Source: Bispira polyomma
Lineage: Eukaryota
DNA: 64,000 nt
NCBI GenBank assembly: GCA_965649765.1
Contig: OZ287753.1
Location: forward strand, 7,440,001-7,504,000
Direction of reading: 5' to 3'
Shown: piece after piece, positions 26,391-41,100 of the stretch
Layout of the letters: each line of letters starts with the position of its first letter
Position numbering within the stretch: position 1 is the first letter of the stretch
Notes under the pieces: generated by a model
Databases searched by the model: none
Told to the model about the DNA's origin: nothing
The model's input: the letters and a program-made list of their open reading frames with translations, nothing else
Translations under genes and position numbers: made by a program

Positions 26391-29016
26391 TAGTACGATT
26401 GTATATTTAAACAAAGGGTTTGGATCTGGTTACATCTGGGGGGTTTTCTGACCTACAAATCCCAATGAAGTATCTTCGCTAGAGAAGACAATTTTTCACA
26501 GTATTTACAAAATTAACTGTGGTGCTCACTGAAGTGTATTTAATCCATAATATACAAAATAATTTTTTAACCATACAAAGGATGTTTGTATAATGTAATT
26601 GTTGTTATCATCTTTCTTAAGCATATCAGAAATTGTCTTGGATGCAGATTCTAAACCATCAACTAAATAGGGAGCCCCTAATCCGGATATGTGTAAACCT
26701 GCAGGAAAGAAATTCCATATCACTGATACCCAAAATTGTTGAAAGTTTTGTTATCTAACAAATCTATCAATAAAGTAATGCTATGATCACACTCTATCAA
26801 ATTCTCTGCTACATTTATACCAGTTTACCTCCGATTATTAGAGCTTAAGTAGTCTGGAGAGAATGGTTCAAAATTCTCTTATTTGCATACCATTCATCAG
26901 ATCATGCTCAGGATATTGTGAACAGTTTATGCTCTGACGATGCCAGAGATGTAATAAGCAGATCATTACACACTTATGCATTGTTTCTCCATATTAAACC
27001 AGTACTGTATAGATCACACAAGTTCTGAGTAGTTTATGCCCTGTTTATGTCTCAACCATCCCCTTATCTCCAATTCTCTCCAGATGTGCTTTAAGAGCTG
27101 GCCACCCACAACATTTTTGAACTTGTTCAAAATTTCTGGCTCTGCCTCCTATTCTTGTCGATCTCCAGTTTATGCCACATAAGCAAGTGAAGCAATGTAA
27201 ACAAATCATCAGCATACTACTGGATTTTAAGGCACTCACGAAGACAAAAAAAAATAAATTAATGCATTTCTATACCTGTGTAGTATGTGGACTAAATAAA
27301 AAAACTAAGATGGTGCTCAGAGAATTTATTACTGTACAAAATATGGTAAAGCTAATAATAATACAACTGTACAAAGCTATCGGTAGTGTTACTGTGCCAA
27401 AACGTATGTCACTTTCAACTGGTAAATTGTATCAAACAATTCATATTACTTTCAATATTAGAGTTAAAGTTTCAAATATTATTTTTCTTTTTCTATGGCC
27501 TTATAGATCTATTATTTTATTGTTACAAACAAATATATACTGTTGATGCTGTCACACCTGTGACTCTCTCTGACTATCCCTCTCATCTTATTTCAATCAG
27601 AATTTTTTACACACGATGCATCAATGTCAGTTGAAAGATGTTGTAGTACGGAATGTCATGGACTCCTTGATAGTAACATGTCTTGTTATATTTTTTACTA
27701 CAACACTGATAACAATAGTGACATACTAGTCATTACTGGGATGTAGGAATAATTCGTTTAATTTATTTATGCATTCGTACTCAAGAGTACGTGACCCCCA
27801 AAAAGTGCAATAAAAAGGTAAAACAGATATAATAAACAAACTGCAGATAAATACAAATATAATTATATATATATATATATACACAGCGGTTTCAAAATGG
27901 CCACCTATTTATCTTGGCCGTTTCAGGGCCTACTATTATTATTTTAAACATTTGTAAATTTAAAATTTATTAAATATTGCTTGAGACAGTTTGAGTGAAT
28001 AAAACAACTGTGTTAGCCATACTTAAAGGCAATGTTCTTCAAGTTCACCTAAACCTGTCACATTTGATAGTTTGGCCAAGTTTTTATTTTTACCTACTTA
28101 GTCCTTTGATATATTAATTTTGTTTCTCTTTTGAGAGTTAATATATAATATTTATTCTCAAAATAGGCATTTCTTTTATATCACCATGAAATATTACATT
28201 TGTAGTTTAATTTATATGTTAACTGTTAATATATAGAAATTTAATTTATTGATAATATTATGTTGGTACATTGTTTTTGTACTTCTTAGTATATGTAAAA
28301 ATTTATATCCAAACCACTGAGCCAGTTCAAAACTTAGTAAAGGTCCCAAAACGGCCATAGCCTTTTTGAAATTGCCATTGGTCGCAAAAAGGCAAGTGAC
28401 ATATATATTTAGATTAAGTACCAAAAACGTTCAATAAGTGCCTAGCACCAATAACGTGTGATAAAAATCAAAAATCCTATATAATACAATACAAGTGATT
28501 GATTCGATACAACAACTACTGGAATTAGTTTGTATAATCATACTTCAACAGTGTATTTAGAAAATACACCTACTTATTAGATTAAACTGGTTTTTGCTTG
28601 GAAAATTGGTGCAAGGTAATGCAATATAATAATATTGCAGGTTACTCATAGTAAATTATCATACATCTATATATATCTCCATTCCTATACATATCTCTAG
28701 AGTCTGGTGTTGTTGTTTTGCACAGTGTGTCATAATATGGCACTGATGTATTGATTTATACTCAAACATAATGCTGTTCAAAAATAAGGTGAAATATGAA
28801 TGTTTATAAAGCGCAAAATAGATTTCGTTGACAGATTACAATAAAAACCAGACGTTATATATTATATATAGTATATCTACACACTAGATTGTACATAAGT
28901 TGTACATATATTTACAGATTTATAGATATTCCATCCTGCGAATGTTGTCTGTGGTTACTTCTGCAGGAGGGTACATTGTCTCTTACGTTGTTGACATGCT
29001 GAGCTAACCCAGTGGT

Positions 29017-29195
29017 TTACTTATGATGGGTTAGGACGGTGCTCACTGGCGCCCTCTGCCCTCCAAGGTTTGGGGGATCAGCTGTCATGCTGCATTCAGT
29101 GCCTGTACTGCTGGCTGTATCAGTATCACTGTCTATGCTCTCTGTGTCCACGGATTTCTTCCTGCTCAGCCTCCTCTTGATCACATAGGCAGCAC
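29017..29195 (-). CDS. Gene B terminal exon: end of TM, stop-transfer and cytoplasmic tail
   Basis: [59 protein letters not shown]; acceptor cttccgttcag|. Confidence 0.88.
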
Positions 29196-32100
29196 CTGAA
29201 CGGAAGAGTGCAATAACCACCAGTATAGATCAGTATTGTGATTAGTACTTAGCATATTATCAAAGGATAACAGTCAAAGAGGTTTGATTCTTCTCACATG
29301 AGATATACCAATTTATTACACACATTGATTAAAATAATGTTGAATTAAGTTAACAGGTCAATCCATATAAAGGTCATTTGTCTACAACAATATATTTTGG
29401 AAATATTTGGTTGACCCAATAGTTCTGACATTGGTCACTTACCGAGGGCTAATGATCCTATAAGCACCAGGACCGCCAAAGAAGAGCTACCAATGATATT
29501 GATCACTTACCAAAGGCTAATGATCCTATAAGCACCAAGACCGCCAAAGAAGAGCTACCAATGATATTGATCACTTACCAAAGGCTAATGATCCTATAAG
29601 CACCAGGACCACCAAAGAAGAGCTACCAATGATATTGATCACTTACCAAAGGCTAATGATCCTATAAGCACCAGGACCGCCAAAGAAGAGGTACCAGTGA
29701 TATTGGTCACTTACCAAAGGCTAGTGATCCTATAAGCACCAGGACCACCAAAGAGCTACCAATGATATTGGTCACTTACCAAAGGCTAATGATCCTATAA
29801 GTACCAGGACTGCCCATAGAGGAGCTACCAATGATATTGGTCCCTTACCCAGGGTAAATACTTTTAAAAAAACAGGACTTCCATAGAAGAGCTACCAGTG
29901 ATAATGGTCACTTACCAAGGCCTACTATTCCTATAAGCCCCAGGAGCCCCACAGAGGTGCCAGCAATGGTTGATGTACTGGCTCCGGTCTCAGTCTGAGG
30001 CTCATCTGCCTCTTGTCTACCACTGCGAGAACGTCTTTGTCGTGCTGGTAAAATAAGTATGGTTTACAAACACCAATGAATATATTGGGAGAAAAAAAAA
30101 ATCTTTTTATTACAAATACTTTTATTTATAGTCTGTTTTTGCTAAGTGATCAGGCAAAAACAGGTTGAACTTAATATCCAGAACATCACATCTGGTATTT
30201 ATCAATGCGGTTCACTTTGAAGCAATGCAAATCCTGTCAAACGCTGACATGGCTTATGTTTAAAAATATGTTAGAGTGTAGGATTAAATGTTCTAGGGAT
30301 CATGCCTGAATACCTTCTATAATACTTATTTATTTAATAAAATATCTGAATATCGCCTACCTGACTGAAGACCAGAAAATACAGCAGAGGTTTTAAAAAA
30401 CAACCGACCCATATAAGTGACCATTTTTACTGACTCCCGAGGGTGACAAACTTCAATGCATCTGACATACATCTGGTTTTTATCTCGACCATTAAAGGAC
30501 AGAATAACAAAGGACTTAATTACCATGTTATCAGAGCATTTTAGAGGTGGGATTCTTACAAACACTCATACACAATGGTACTGCTGTAAAAACTACTCAC
30601 TATCGCAGTAGGTTCCTGTCCAGCCACTTTCACATATACACTGGTAGGTGCCGACCCCGTCTGTGATGAAGTTTTCACACTTCTCCCCAATAGTGTGTGA
30701 GCTGGCTGAGCAACTGTCATAGCCCCCAGTCTCACAAGGTCCTTCAGAACAGTCCTCTCCTCTATTGTACACATACAGATCTAGGCTCAGGCTGGTCTCA
30801 CTTACTATTCCTTTAAACTGATGCTTTTTAAACATCAGAAACTGTACTATTTTTACATTGTGTAAACATAAAGAGAAGTAGGAAGCGTTTTATTTCTGAG
30901 ATTTCACTGCGTGACAGGCTTTACGACATACATTATATCCAAGCAGAAAAACCCTGTTACTTCAAAATCCGAGATCACATGTACAACTGGAACTCAAACA
31001 TCAAAAACTCTACTATTTGTCAAAATATGTTAATAATGATGTTGATGTCCGTAAAAGCCTGGTCACACCTACACATGCTGGAGCTACCTGTGTTTGTGTG
31101 ATGTTTTGAACTGTTTTGAAACGGGGCAGAAGATAATGCCAAAGTGAAAAAAGGTTTGAAATAATCGTGGCAGAGCTCTCCATTTCTCGAGGATGTCTTT
31201 ACTCGTCTGTAAAAGTAGCATAACGTAGTAGTAAGTAGCAGTAAGTAGTAGTAAGTGGTAGTATAGTGGCTCTACGTAGTAGTAGGTAGTGATATCCTAC
31301 CAGTAAAAGTGTTCGATTCTTGCCCCCGCTCTGTGTGTATAAGTTATGAAACATCATGAAATGTCACAATCGACTGCACCTTTATAAAAAATTACATCAC
31401 TTTGACACGTACCTAACACGTTTTTAGTTTACATTCTGTTACTACTATGTGGGACGTTAGTATGTGTAGGTATGACCAGGCTATTACTGACAACATCATG
31501 TACACATAAAGAGAAGCAGCTGGCATTTCGTTTCTGAGATTTCACATTTCATATGTTAGTTCTGTATATAGATTCTAATTATTATAGTAACATGTAAGTA
31601 CTTGCAGAAATTAAAATTGCAATAACAATGGTTTTGTTAGACCCAACCCTACATGGGTTTATGTGTCACTCTATAAACACATATACGTTTAATGTTACAG
31701 GTATATGTTACAGGTATAAGCGCTGTAAAAGTTAGATTAGATTAGGTATATATTATATTCTAACACAATACGGCTGTGTCCACGGTTGTGATTGGCTCAA
31801 TGATACGATAAAAATAATCGTATAAACATGGATTAAAGTAGACTAATTTTGTCTGCAGTGTACTTCTTGCCCAGTGGACATAGGTTCTTTAACAAAGTAA
31901 TTTTCCACTACCCAGTAACATGAAGGAGAATGCCTTGTTATGTGTTATTCCTTAAAAAAACCATAAGAACTTGTCACTGCATACCCATAGTTAGCCAAAC
32001 AAGTGCAGACATAGCCAACTTCTCCAGTGTCACTCTCTGTCAATTGACAGGTTCCAGAATTCTGGCAGGAAGAATTCAGACATGGATCTGTGGTAGAGCA

Positions 32101-35100
32101 GTTCTTTCCATACCAACCGTCTGTACAATTGCATTCATAGTTGGTCTGACTGGTCATGACACAGCTTGCTGAAAACAGGAAAAAAAAAGCTCAACACTTG
32201 TATCACAAGTAAACACAGAGAAAACAAATGATTTCTGAATGCCAAACACAATGAGGCATATATTTAATACATAACAATGTTCTTACTTGCGTTCTGACAT
32301 GGATTTGGATTATTGCACAAGTCCTTATCACTGCAGGTGTCTCCCTGCCAGCCTTCAGTACAACTGCAGGAGAAACTGTTGTCACCAACTGTGCAGTCCC
32401 CTCCATTGGCACATGGGTTTCCTGTACACTCATCAGTGTCAATGTTACACGTCTCTCCTTAAAAAAACATAAAAATAAGAAATCTAAAAAACCCATCTTA
32501 AAACAAATTTAAAATGTATTTCTTTAGAAGTCTAACATAATATATATGCCATTTTTGACCTATGTACTGTGTGACAGGCTTTAGAACATACAGTATATCC
32601 AAACAGAGAAACCTTGTTACCTGTAAATCCAGAATCACATGTACAGCTGAAACTCCCTGCTGAATTTGTACAAGACCCATGACCACAGGGATTGTTTGCA
32701 CACTCATCAATGTCTGCATCACACACTTCACCTGAAAACAACTGCAAGTTTACACTTTTCCTATACACAGAAACTTGACATAGACATTTTATGCATCATA
32801 GACACTATATACAAGAACAAAGTTAAGACAGCTAATTAAAACATCACGTCAATCAGTTACACAATCAGCGAAAGCCTAGCAGTATAGCAAATAATTAAAA
32901 TTACACTATATACAAGAACAAAGTTAAGACAGCTAATTAAAACATCACGTCAATCAGTTACACAATCAGCGAAAGCCTAGCAGTATGGCAAATAATTAAA
33001 ATTACAGTTAACATCTATTACTGTATTGGGCATAAGGTCACCTTACATTAAACAGTACATAATGTACTCTTTTATCTCACTTTTGACTTACCTCAAAATA
33101 CTTAAGTAAATCTAAAAAGTAAAATTAAGTCAACCTTAACTGAATTACCAACCTTAAGTTGACTCACCTCAAAACTTTATCAATCTTAAAGGAATTTAAG
33201 TCAACCTTAACTAAATTAAGGTGACTTGATAACCCCAACTTACCTTGAACTGTATACACAACCTGGTAGATATTAACGGGTGTAGGGAAACCATTTTGCA
33301 CAACACCTATATTATGTAATCAACTGTGTCAATGGATTTTTTTAAATAAATAATTTATAGCAGGCCCTATTTTTGTATTTGAATAAATATTAATCATTTC
33401 CCAAGAATATTTTGGGTTTCTTTCTTTGAGATGTATTTATTGACTGGTCTAACTGAATTAATTGAACACTTTGGATATAAATATAAATTAACATTGACAA
33501 AGAAAACTTTAAGAGGTCTTTATTGACAGGTCTCACTGTATTAACCATACATGGGGACAACTAAGGGAACTTCTTGGCTTCTTCATGCATATTTTTTCTC
33601 ATTAATGTACCTGTAAAGCCAGCAACACATTCGCATGAGAAATCGTCTACAAGATCAGTACAGACTCCTTCATTTTCACATGGCTCTTGAGCACAATCAT
33701 CAATATTGGTTTCACAGGTATCACCTAAAATCACAATTGTTAGTCATAATAATAATATACATGTATCACTAAACTATGCTCTTCAGAACAAATTAGTAAA
33801 AGTGGGAAATTTACTATATCACATCAATTAGTGTTTTAGTGATGTTTCTCAACCAGAAATACAATCTAAAATTAAAAAGTATGATGGTCAATCATTAAAA
33901 TAAATAAGTAACATCAAAGAGCAGGAATTGAGAGATTCAGCAACTACAAACATCCATTCGGTCTATGTTTACTTGGCCATCTCAAGAAAGTTACCAAGCA
34001 TGGCTAAATATACTCTTCACTAGACTTGGATAATAATGAACTTCTGATGTGGAAAAAGAGAAAAACTATTTTGGACACCACCTATATTATTAAAATAGTT
34101 GTGTAGAATGATTTTAAAAAATAAAACCATTTCTAATATGTGCTTTAATTTTTGTTTTTAAATAAATATCAATCCTTTTCCAAGGAATAATTTGGGGGTC
34201 TTTGTTTGAGAGTTATATTATGCAAATAGTTGTGTAGAATAATTTAAAAAAATAACATTTTCTAATATGTGCTTTAATTTTTGTGTTTGAATAAATATCA
34301 ATCATTTCCAAGGAATGTGTTGGGAGTTTTTGTTTAAGAGGTATTTATAGTCTGGTTTAACTGTATTAACTAAAAGCCTTGGATATAAATAGAAATTAAC
34401 ATTGACAAAGAACACATTGGGGTCTTTCTTTAACAGGTTTTTATAGACAGGTCTTACTGTATTAACCATACATGAGGGCAACTAAGAGAATTTCTTGGCT
34501 TCTTCATGCATATTTTTTCTCATTAATGTACCTGTAAAGCCAGCAACACATTCGCATGAGAAATCATTTACAAGATCAGTACAGATTCCTTCATTTTCAC
34601 ATGGCTCTGGAGCACATTCATCAATATTGGTTGCACAGGTATCACCTAAAATCACAATTGTTAGTCATAATAATAATATACTTGTATCATTAAACTATAC
34701 TTTTAAGAACAAATTAGTAAAAGTGGGAAGTTTACTATGTTTACTATGTTACATCAATTAATGTTTTAGTGATGTTTCTCACATTGAAATATAATCTAAA
34801 ATTAAAAAGTACGACGGTCAATCATTAAAATAAATAAGTAATATCAAAGATTAGGAATTGAGAGATTTAGCAACTACAAACATCTATTCAGTCTATGTTT
34901 ACTTGGCCATCTCCAGAAAGTTACCAAGCATGGCTAAATATACTCTTCACTAGACTTGTATAATAATGAACTTCTGATGTGGAAAAAGAGTAAAACTTTT
35001 TTGGACACCACCTATATTATTAAAAAATTGCGTAGAATGATTTTAAAAAATAAAACCATTTCTAATATGTGCTTAAATTTTTGTTTTTAAATAAATATCA

Positions 35101-38100
35101 ATCCTTTCCAAGGAATATTTTGGGGGTCTTTGTTTGAGAGTTAATGATAGTCTAACTGTATTAACTAAAAGCCTTGGCTATAAATAGAAAATAACATTGA
35201 CAAAGAACACATTGGGGTCTTTCTTTAAGAGGTTTTTATAGACAGGTCTTACTGTAATAACCATACATAAGGACAACTAAGGGAATTTCTTGGCTTTTTC
35301 ATGCATATTTTTTCTCATTAATTTACCTGTAAAGCCAGCAACACATTCGCATGAGAAATCGTCTACAACATCAGTACAGACTCCTTCATTTTCACATGGC
35401 TCTGGAGCACATTCATCAATATTGGTTTCACAGGTATCACCTAAAATCACAATTGTTAGTCAAATAATAATATACTTGTATCATTAAACTATGCTTTTCA
35501 GAACAAATTAGTAAAAGTGGGAAATTTACTATGTCACATCAATTAGTGTTTTAGTGATGTTTCTCACCTAGAAATACAATTTAAAATTAAAAAGTATGAT
35601 AGTCAAACATTAAAATAAATAAGTAACATCAAAGAGCAGGAATTGAGAAATTTAACAACTACAAACATCCATTCAGTCTATGTTTACTTGACGATCTCAA
35701 GAAAGTTACCAAACATGGCTAAATATACTCTTCACTAGACTTGGATAATAATGAACTTCTGATGTGGAAAAAGAGAAAAACTATTTTGGACACCACCTAT
35801 ATTATTAAAATAGTTGTGTAGAATGATTTTAAAAAATAAAACCATTTCTAATATGTGCTTTAATTTTTGTTTTTAAATAAATATCAATCCTTTTCCAAGG
35901 AATAATTTGGGGGTCTTTGTTTGAGAGTTTGAATTTGGATATTTAACGTCCACTCTAGTACCTTTTAGTAGGTTATATTGGGACGGGTAGTTGGAAATGC
36001 TGGAGGAAACACTTCATACAGCTGTTGTTTTTAAATAAATATCAATCCTTTTCCAAGGAATAATTTGGGGGTCTTTGTTTGAGAGTTTGAATTTGGATAT
36101 TTAACGTCCACTCTAGTACCTTTTAGTAGGTTATATTGGGACGGGTAGTTGGAAATGCTGGAGGAAACACTTCATACAGTCGGTCAAGGTTCTGCAGAGA
36201 AACCAGCGGCCCACAGTAAGGATCTACCACCTTTCCCACATAAGCATCGACGGGATTCGAACTCACGCCGCCCAGAGGTGAGAGACCAGTGATTGTGAAG
36301 CGCAATGCTTGCTAACCACGAGGCCACCGTGGCCCCTTCACTAGACTTGGATAATAATCAACTTCTGATGTGTAAAAAGAGTAAAACTATTTTGGACACC
36401 ACCTATATTATGCAAATAGTTGTGTAGAATAATTGAAAAAATTAACCATTTCTAATATATGCTTTAATTTTTGTGTTTGAATAAATATCAATCATTTCCA
36501 AGGAATGTGTTGGGAGTTTTTGTTTAAGAGGTATTTATAGTCTGGTTTAACTGTATTAACTAAAAGCCTTAGATATAAATAGAAATTAACATTGACAAAG
36601 AACAAATTTGGGTTTTTATAGACAACAGGTCTTGCTGTATTAACCATACATGAGGACAACTAAGGGAATTTCTTGGCTTCTTCATGTATATTTTTTCTCA
36701 TTAATGTACCTGTAAAGCCAGGAACACATTCGCATGAGAAATCATTTACAAGATCAGTACAGACTCCTTCGTTTTCACATGGCTCTTGAGCACATTCATC
36801 AATATTGGTGTCACAGGTATCACCTAAAATCACAATTTTAATCAATAATATTATACTTGTATCATTAAACTATGCTTTTCAGAACAAATTAGTAAAAGTG
36901 GGAAGTTTACTATGTTACACCAATTAATGTTTTAGTGATGTTTCTCACATAGAAATACAATCTAAAATTAAAAAGTATAACGGTCAAACATTAAATAAAA
37001 TAAGTAACATCAAAGACCAGGAATTAAGAGATTCAGCAACTACAAACATCCAGTCAATCTATGTTTACTTGGCCATCTCAAGAAAGTTACCAAGCATGGC
37101 TAAATATACTCTTCACTAGACTTGGATAATAATCAACTTCTGATGTGGAAAAAGAGTAAAACCATTTTTGACACCTCTTATAATATCGAAATAGTTGTTT
37201 AGAATGATTTTAAAAAACAAGATAAGAATAGAGTGGCCCTTGTGGGCCACATCATCAGTTGTTATGAAGGGGAGGGGCTGTAAATGTGGATAGGTAGTTG
37301 TTTATTGGTGTGAAAGGATTGAATTGTGGTGTGTAAAGGACTTTTGTTTTGTTAAAGAGGGCGAAGGTAAGATTTTAGTTGTGTTGTGAAGTGGGATATG
37401 AAGTGATGTTGTAGATGGAGATGTGAATTATGTTAGTGGATTATATGGTGAGTGTTTATTGTTTGTCTAAAGATAAGGTCAACGTGTTATGGTCGGAGAA
37501 GGTACAAGAATTGGTTGAGGGGTGTAGTGGGAGGGATGAGAAGCATAAGTTGATGAGGGTGCCGTAGCAAGATGTTGTGGTAGATTGCTGTTGTGCTTGG
37601 AAGGTGGCATTCATAGGTTGTAGCAATGTTTTATTTTGTGGTGATTGTATATTGATGTTGAAATCGCCATGGACAATGTAAGACCGAATGGGGGGTTGTA
37701 TTTGTTGTGTAAATTTTTTATGTCAGGTATGCTACAGTAATTTGCAGAGTATATGAGAACAATGACAATTGGATTAGAAGGCAGTTGTTGTAATTGTACA
37801 ATCCTGTATTAAAATGTGGGGGTGTTGAATTGATGATGGGACAACACTATGCATGAATTCAGTATATAAATGATTAATCCATGCGGAGGTCTAGTTGTGT
37901 GGCAATGATGGGTTTGGTTGTTTCTGATGCATGTAAAGTGGTCAATGTGGTATGATTGTTGGTCGGTAGGTTGAAGTCTGGATTCACATATGGTAATGAT
38001 GTCAGCGTCAGTGGAGATGCTAGAGAACTAAAAGCCTTGGATATTAATAGAAATTAACATCGACAAAGAACACATTTAGGTCTTTCTTTAAGAGGTTTTA

Positions 38101-41100
38101 TAGACAGGTCTTACTGTATTAACCATACATAAGGACAACTAAGGGAATTTCTTGGCTTCTTCATGCATATTTTTTCTCATTATTTTACCTGTAAAGCCAG
38201 CAACACATTCGCATGAGAAATCATTTACAAGATCAGTACAGATTCCTTCGTTTTCACATGGCTCTGGAGCACAATCATCAATATTGGTTTCACAGGTATC
38301 ACCTAAAATCACAATTGTTAATCATAATAATATTATACTTGTATCATTAAACTATGCTTTTCAGAACAAATTAGTAAAAGTGGGAAGTTTACTATGTTAC
38401 ATCAATTAATGTTTTAGTGATGTTTCTCACATAGAAATACAATCTAAAATTAAAAAGTACGACGGTCAATCATTAAAATAAATGAGTAATATCAAAGATT
38501 AGGAATTGAGAGATTTAGCAACTACAAACATCCTTTCAGTCTATGTTTACTTGACCATCTCAAGAAAGTTATCAAGCATTGCTAAATATACTCTTCACTA
38601 GACTTGGATAATAATCAACTTCTGATGTGGAAAAAGTGGAAAACATTTTTGGACACCACCTATATTATTAAAATAGTTGTGTAGAATGATTTTAAAAAAT
38701 AAAACCATTTCTAATATGTGCTTTAATTTTTGTTTTTAAATAAATATCAATCCTTTCCAAGGAATATTTTGGGGGTCTTTGTTTGAGAGTTATTGATAGT
38801 CTGGTCTAACTGTATTAACTAAAAGCCTTGGATATAAATAGAAATTAACATTGACAAAAAACACATTGGGGTTTTTCTTTAAGAGGTTTTTATAGACAGG
38901 TCTCACTGTATTAACCATACAGGAGGACAACTAAGGGAATTTCTTGGCTTTTTCATGCATATTTTTTCTCATTAATTTACCTGTAAAGCCAGCAACACAT
39001 TCGCATGAGAAATCATTTACAAGATCAGCACAGACTCCTTCATTTTCACATGGCTCTGGAGCACATTCATCAATATTGGTGTCACAGGTATCACCTAAAA
39101 TCACAATTGTTAATCATAATAATACTATACTTGTATCATTAAACTATGCTTTTCAGAACAAATTAGTAAAAGTGGGAAGTTTACTATGTCACATCAATTA
39201 GTGTTTTAGTGATGTTTCTAACCTAGAAATACAATCTAAAATTAAAAAGCACGACAGTCAATCATTAAAATAAATAAGTAACATCAAAAAGCAGGAATTG
39301 AGATATTCAGCAACTACAAACATCCATTCTGTCTATGTTTACTTAACCATCTCAAGAAAGTTACCAAGCATGGCTAAATATACTCTTCACCAGACTTAGA
39401 TAATAATCAACTTCTGATGTTAAAAGGAGTAAAACTATTTTGGACACCATCTATATTATGCAAATAGTTGTGTAGAATGATTTAAAAAATAAAACCATTT
39501 CTAATATGTGCTTTAATTTTTGTGTTTGAATAAATATCAATCCTTTTCAAGGAATATTTTGGGGGTCTTTGTTTGAAAGTTATTGATAGCCTGGTCTAAC
39601 GTTATTAACTAAAAGCCTTGGATGAAAATAGAAATTAACATTGACAAAGAACACATTGGGGTCTTTCTTTAAGAGGTTTTTATAGACAGGTCTCACTGTA
39701 TAAACATACATGAGGACAACTAAGGGAATTTCGTGGCTTTTTCATGCCTATTTTTTCTCATTAATTTACCTGTAAAGCCAGCAACACATTCGCATGAGAA
39801 ATCATTTACAAGATCAGTACAGACTCCTTCATTTTCACATGGCTCTTGAGCACAATCATCAATATTGGTTTCACAGGTATCACCTAAAATCACAATTGTT
39901 AATCATAATAATATTATACTTGTATCATTAAACTATGCTTTTCAGAACAAATTAGTAAAAGTGGGAAGTTTACTATGTTACATCAATTAATGTTTTAGTG
40001 ATGTTTCTCACATAGAAATACAATCTAAAATTAAAAAGTATGACGGTCAATCACTAAAATAAATAAGTAACATCAAAGAGCAGGAATTGAGAGATTCAGC
40101 AATTACAAACATCTATTCAGTCTATGTTTACTAGGCCATCTCAAGGAAGTTACCAAGCATTGCTAAATATACTCTTCACTAGACTTGGATAATAATGAAC
40201 TTCTGATGTGGAAAAAGAGTAAAACTATTTTGGACACCACCTATATTGTGCAAATAGTTGTGTTGAATAATTTAAAAAAATAAAACCATTTCTTATATGT
40301 GCTTTAATTTTGTGTTTGAATAAATATCAATCATTTCCAAGGAATATTTTGGGGATCTTTTTTACTGTATTAACCATACATGATGACAACTAAGCGAACA
40401 TCTTGGCTTCTTCATGCATATTTTTTCTCATTAATGTACCTGTAAAGCCAGCAACACATTCGCATGAGAAATCATTTACAAGATCAGTACAGACTCCTTC
40501 ATTTTCACATGGCTCTGGAGCACAATCATTAATATTGGTTTCACAGGTATCACCTAAAATCACAATTTTAATCATAATAATATTATACTTGTATTATAAA
40601 ACTATGCTTTTCAGAACATATTAGTAAAAGTGGGAAGTGTACTATGTCACATCAATTAGTGTTTCAGTGATGTTTCTCACCTAGAAATACCATCTAAAAT
40701 TAAAAAATACAACGGTCAATTATTAAAAAGAGGGAACATGAAAAAGCAGGAATTGAGAGATTCAGCTACTACAAACATCCATTCAGTCTATGTTTACTTG
40801 GCCATCTCAAGAAAGTTACCAAGCATTGCTAAATATACTCTTCACTATACTTGGATAATAATCAACTTCTGATTTGGAAAAAGAGTAAAACTATTTTGGA
40901 CACCACCTATATTATGCAAATAGTTGTGTTCAATGATTTAAAAAGACATTTCTAATATGTGCTTTAATTTTGTGTTTGAATAAATATCAATCATTTCCAA
41001 GGAATATTTTGGGGATCTTTTTTACTGTATTATCCATACATGATGACAACTATGCGAACTTCTTGGCTTCCTCATGTATATTTTTTCTCATTAATTTACC

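Noticed and set aside
11187-29017. Genes A and B being one gene
   Set aside because: Gene B ends in a stop after TM and tail, and gene A has its own ATG and signal peptide.
36240-36336. tRNA genes (also at about 4250, 11800 and 50280)
   Set aside because: A and B boxes are attached to SINE bodies and tails, one with a TSD; no complete cloverleaf seen.
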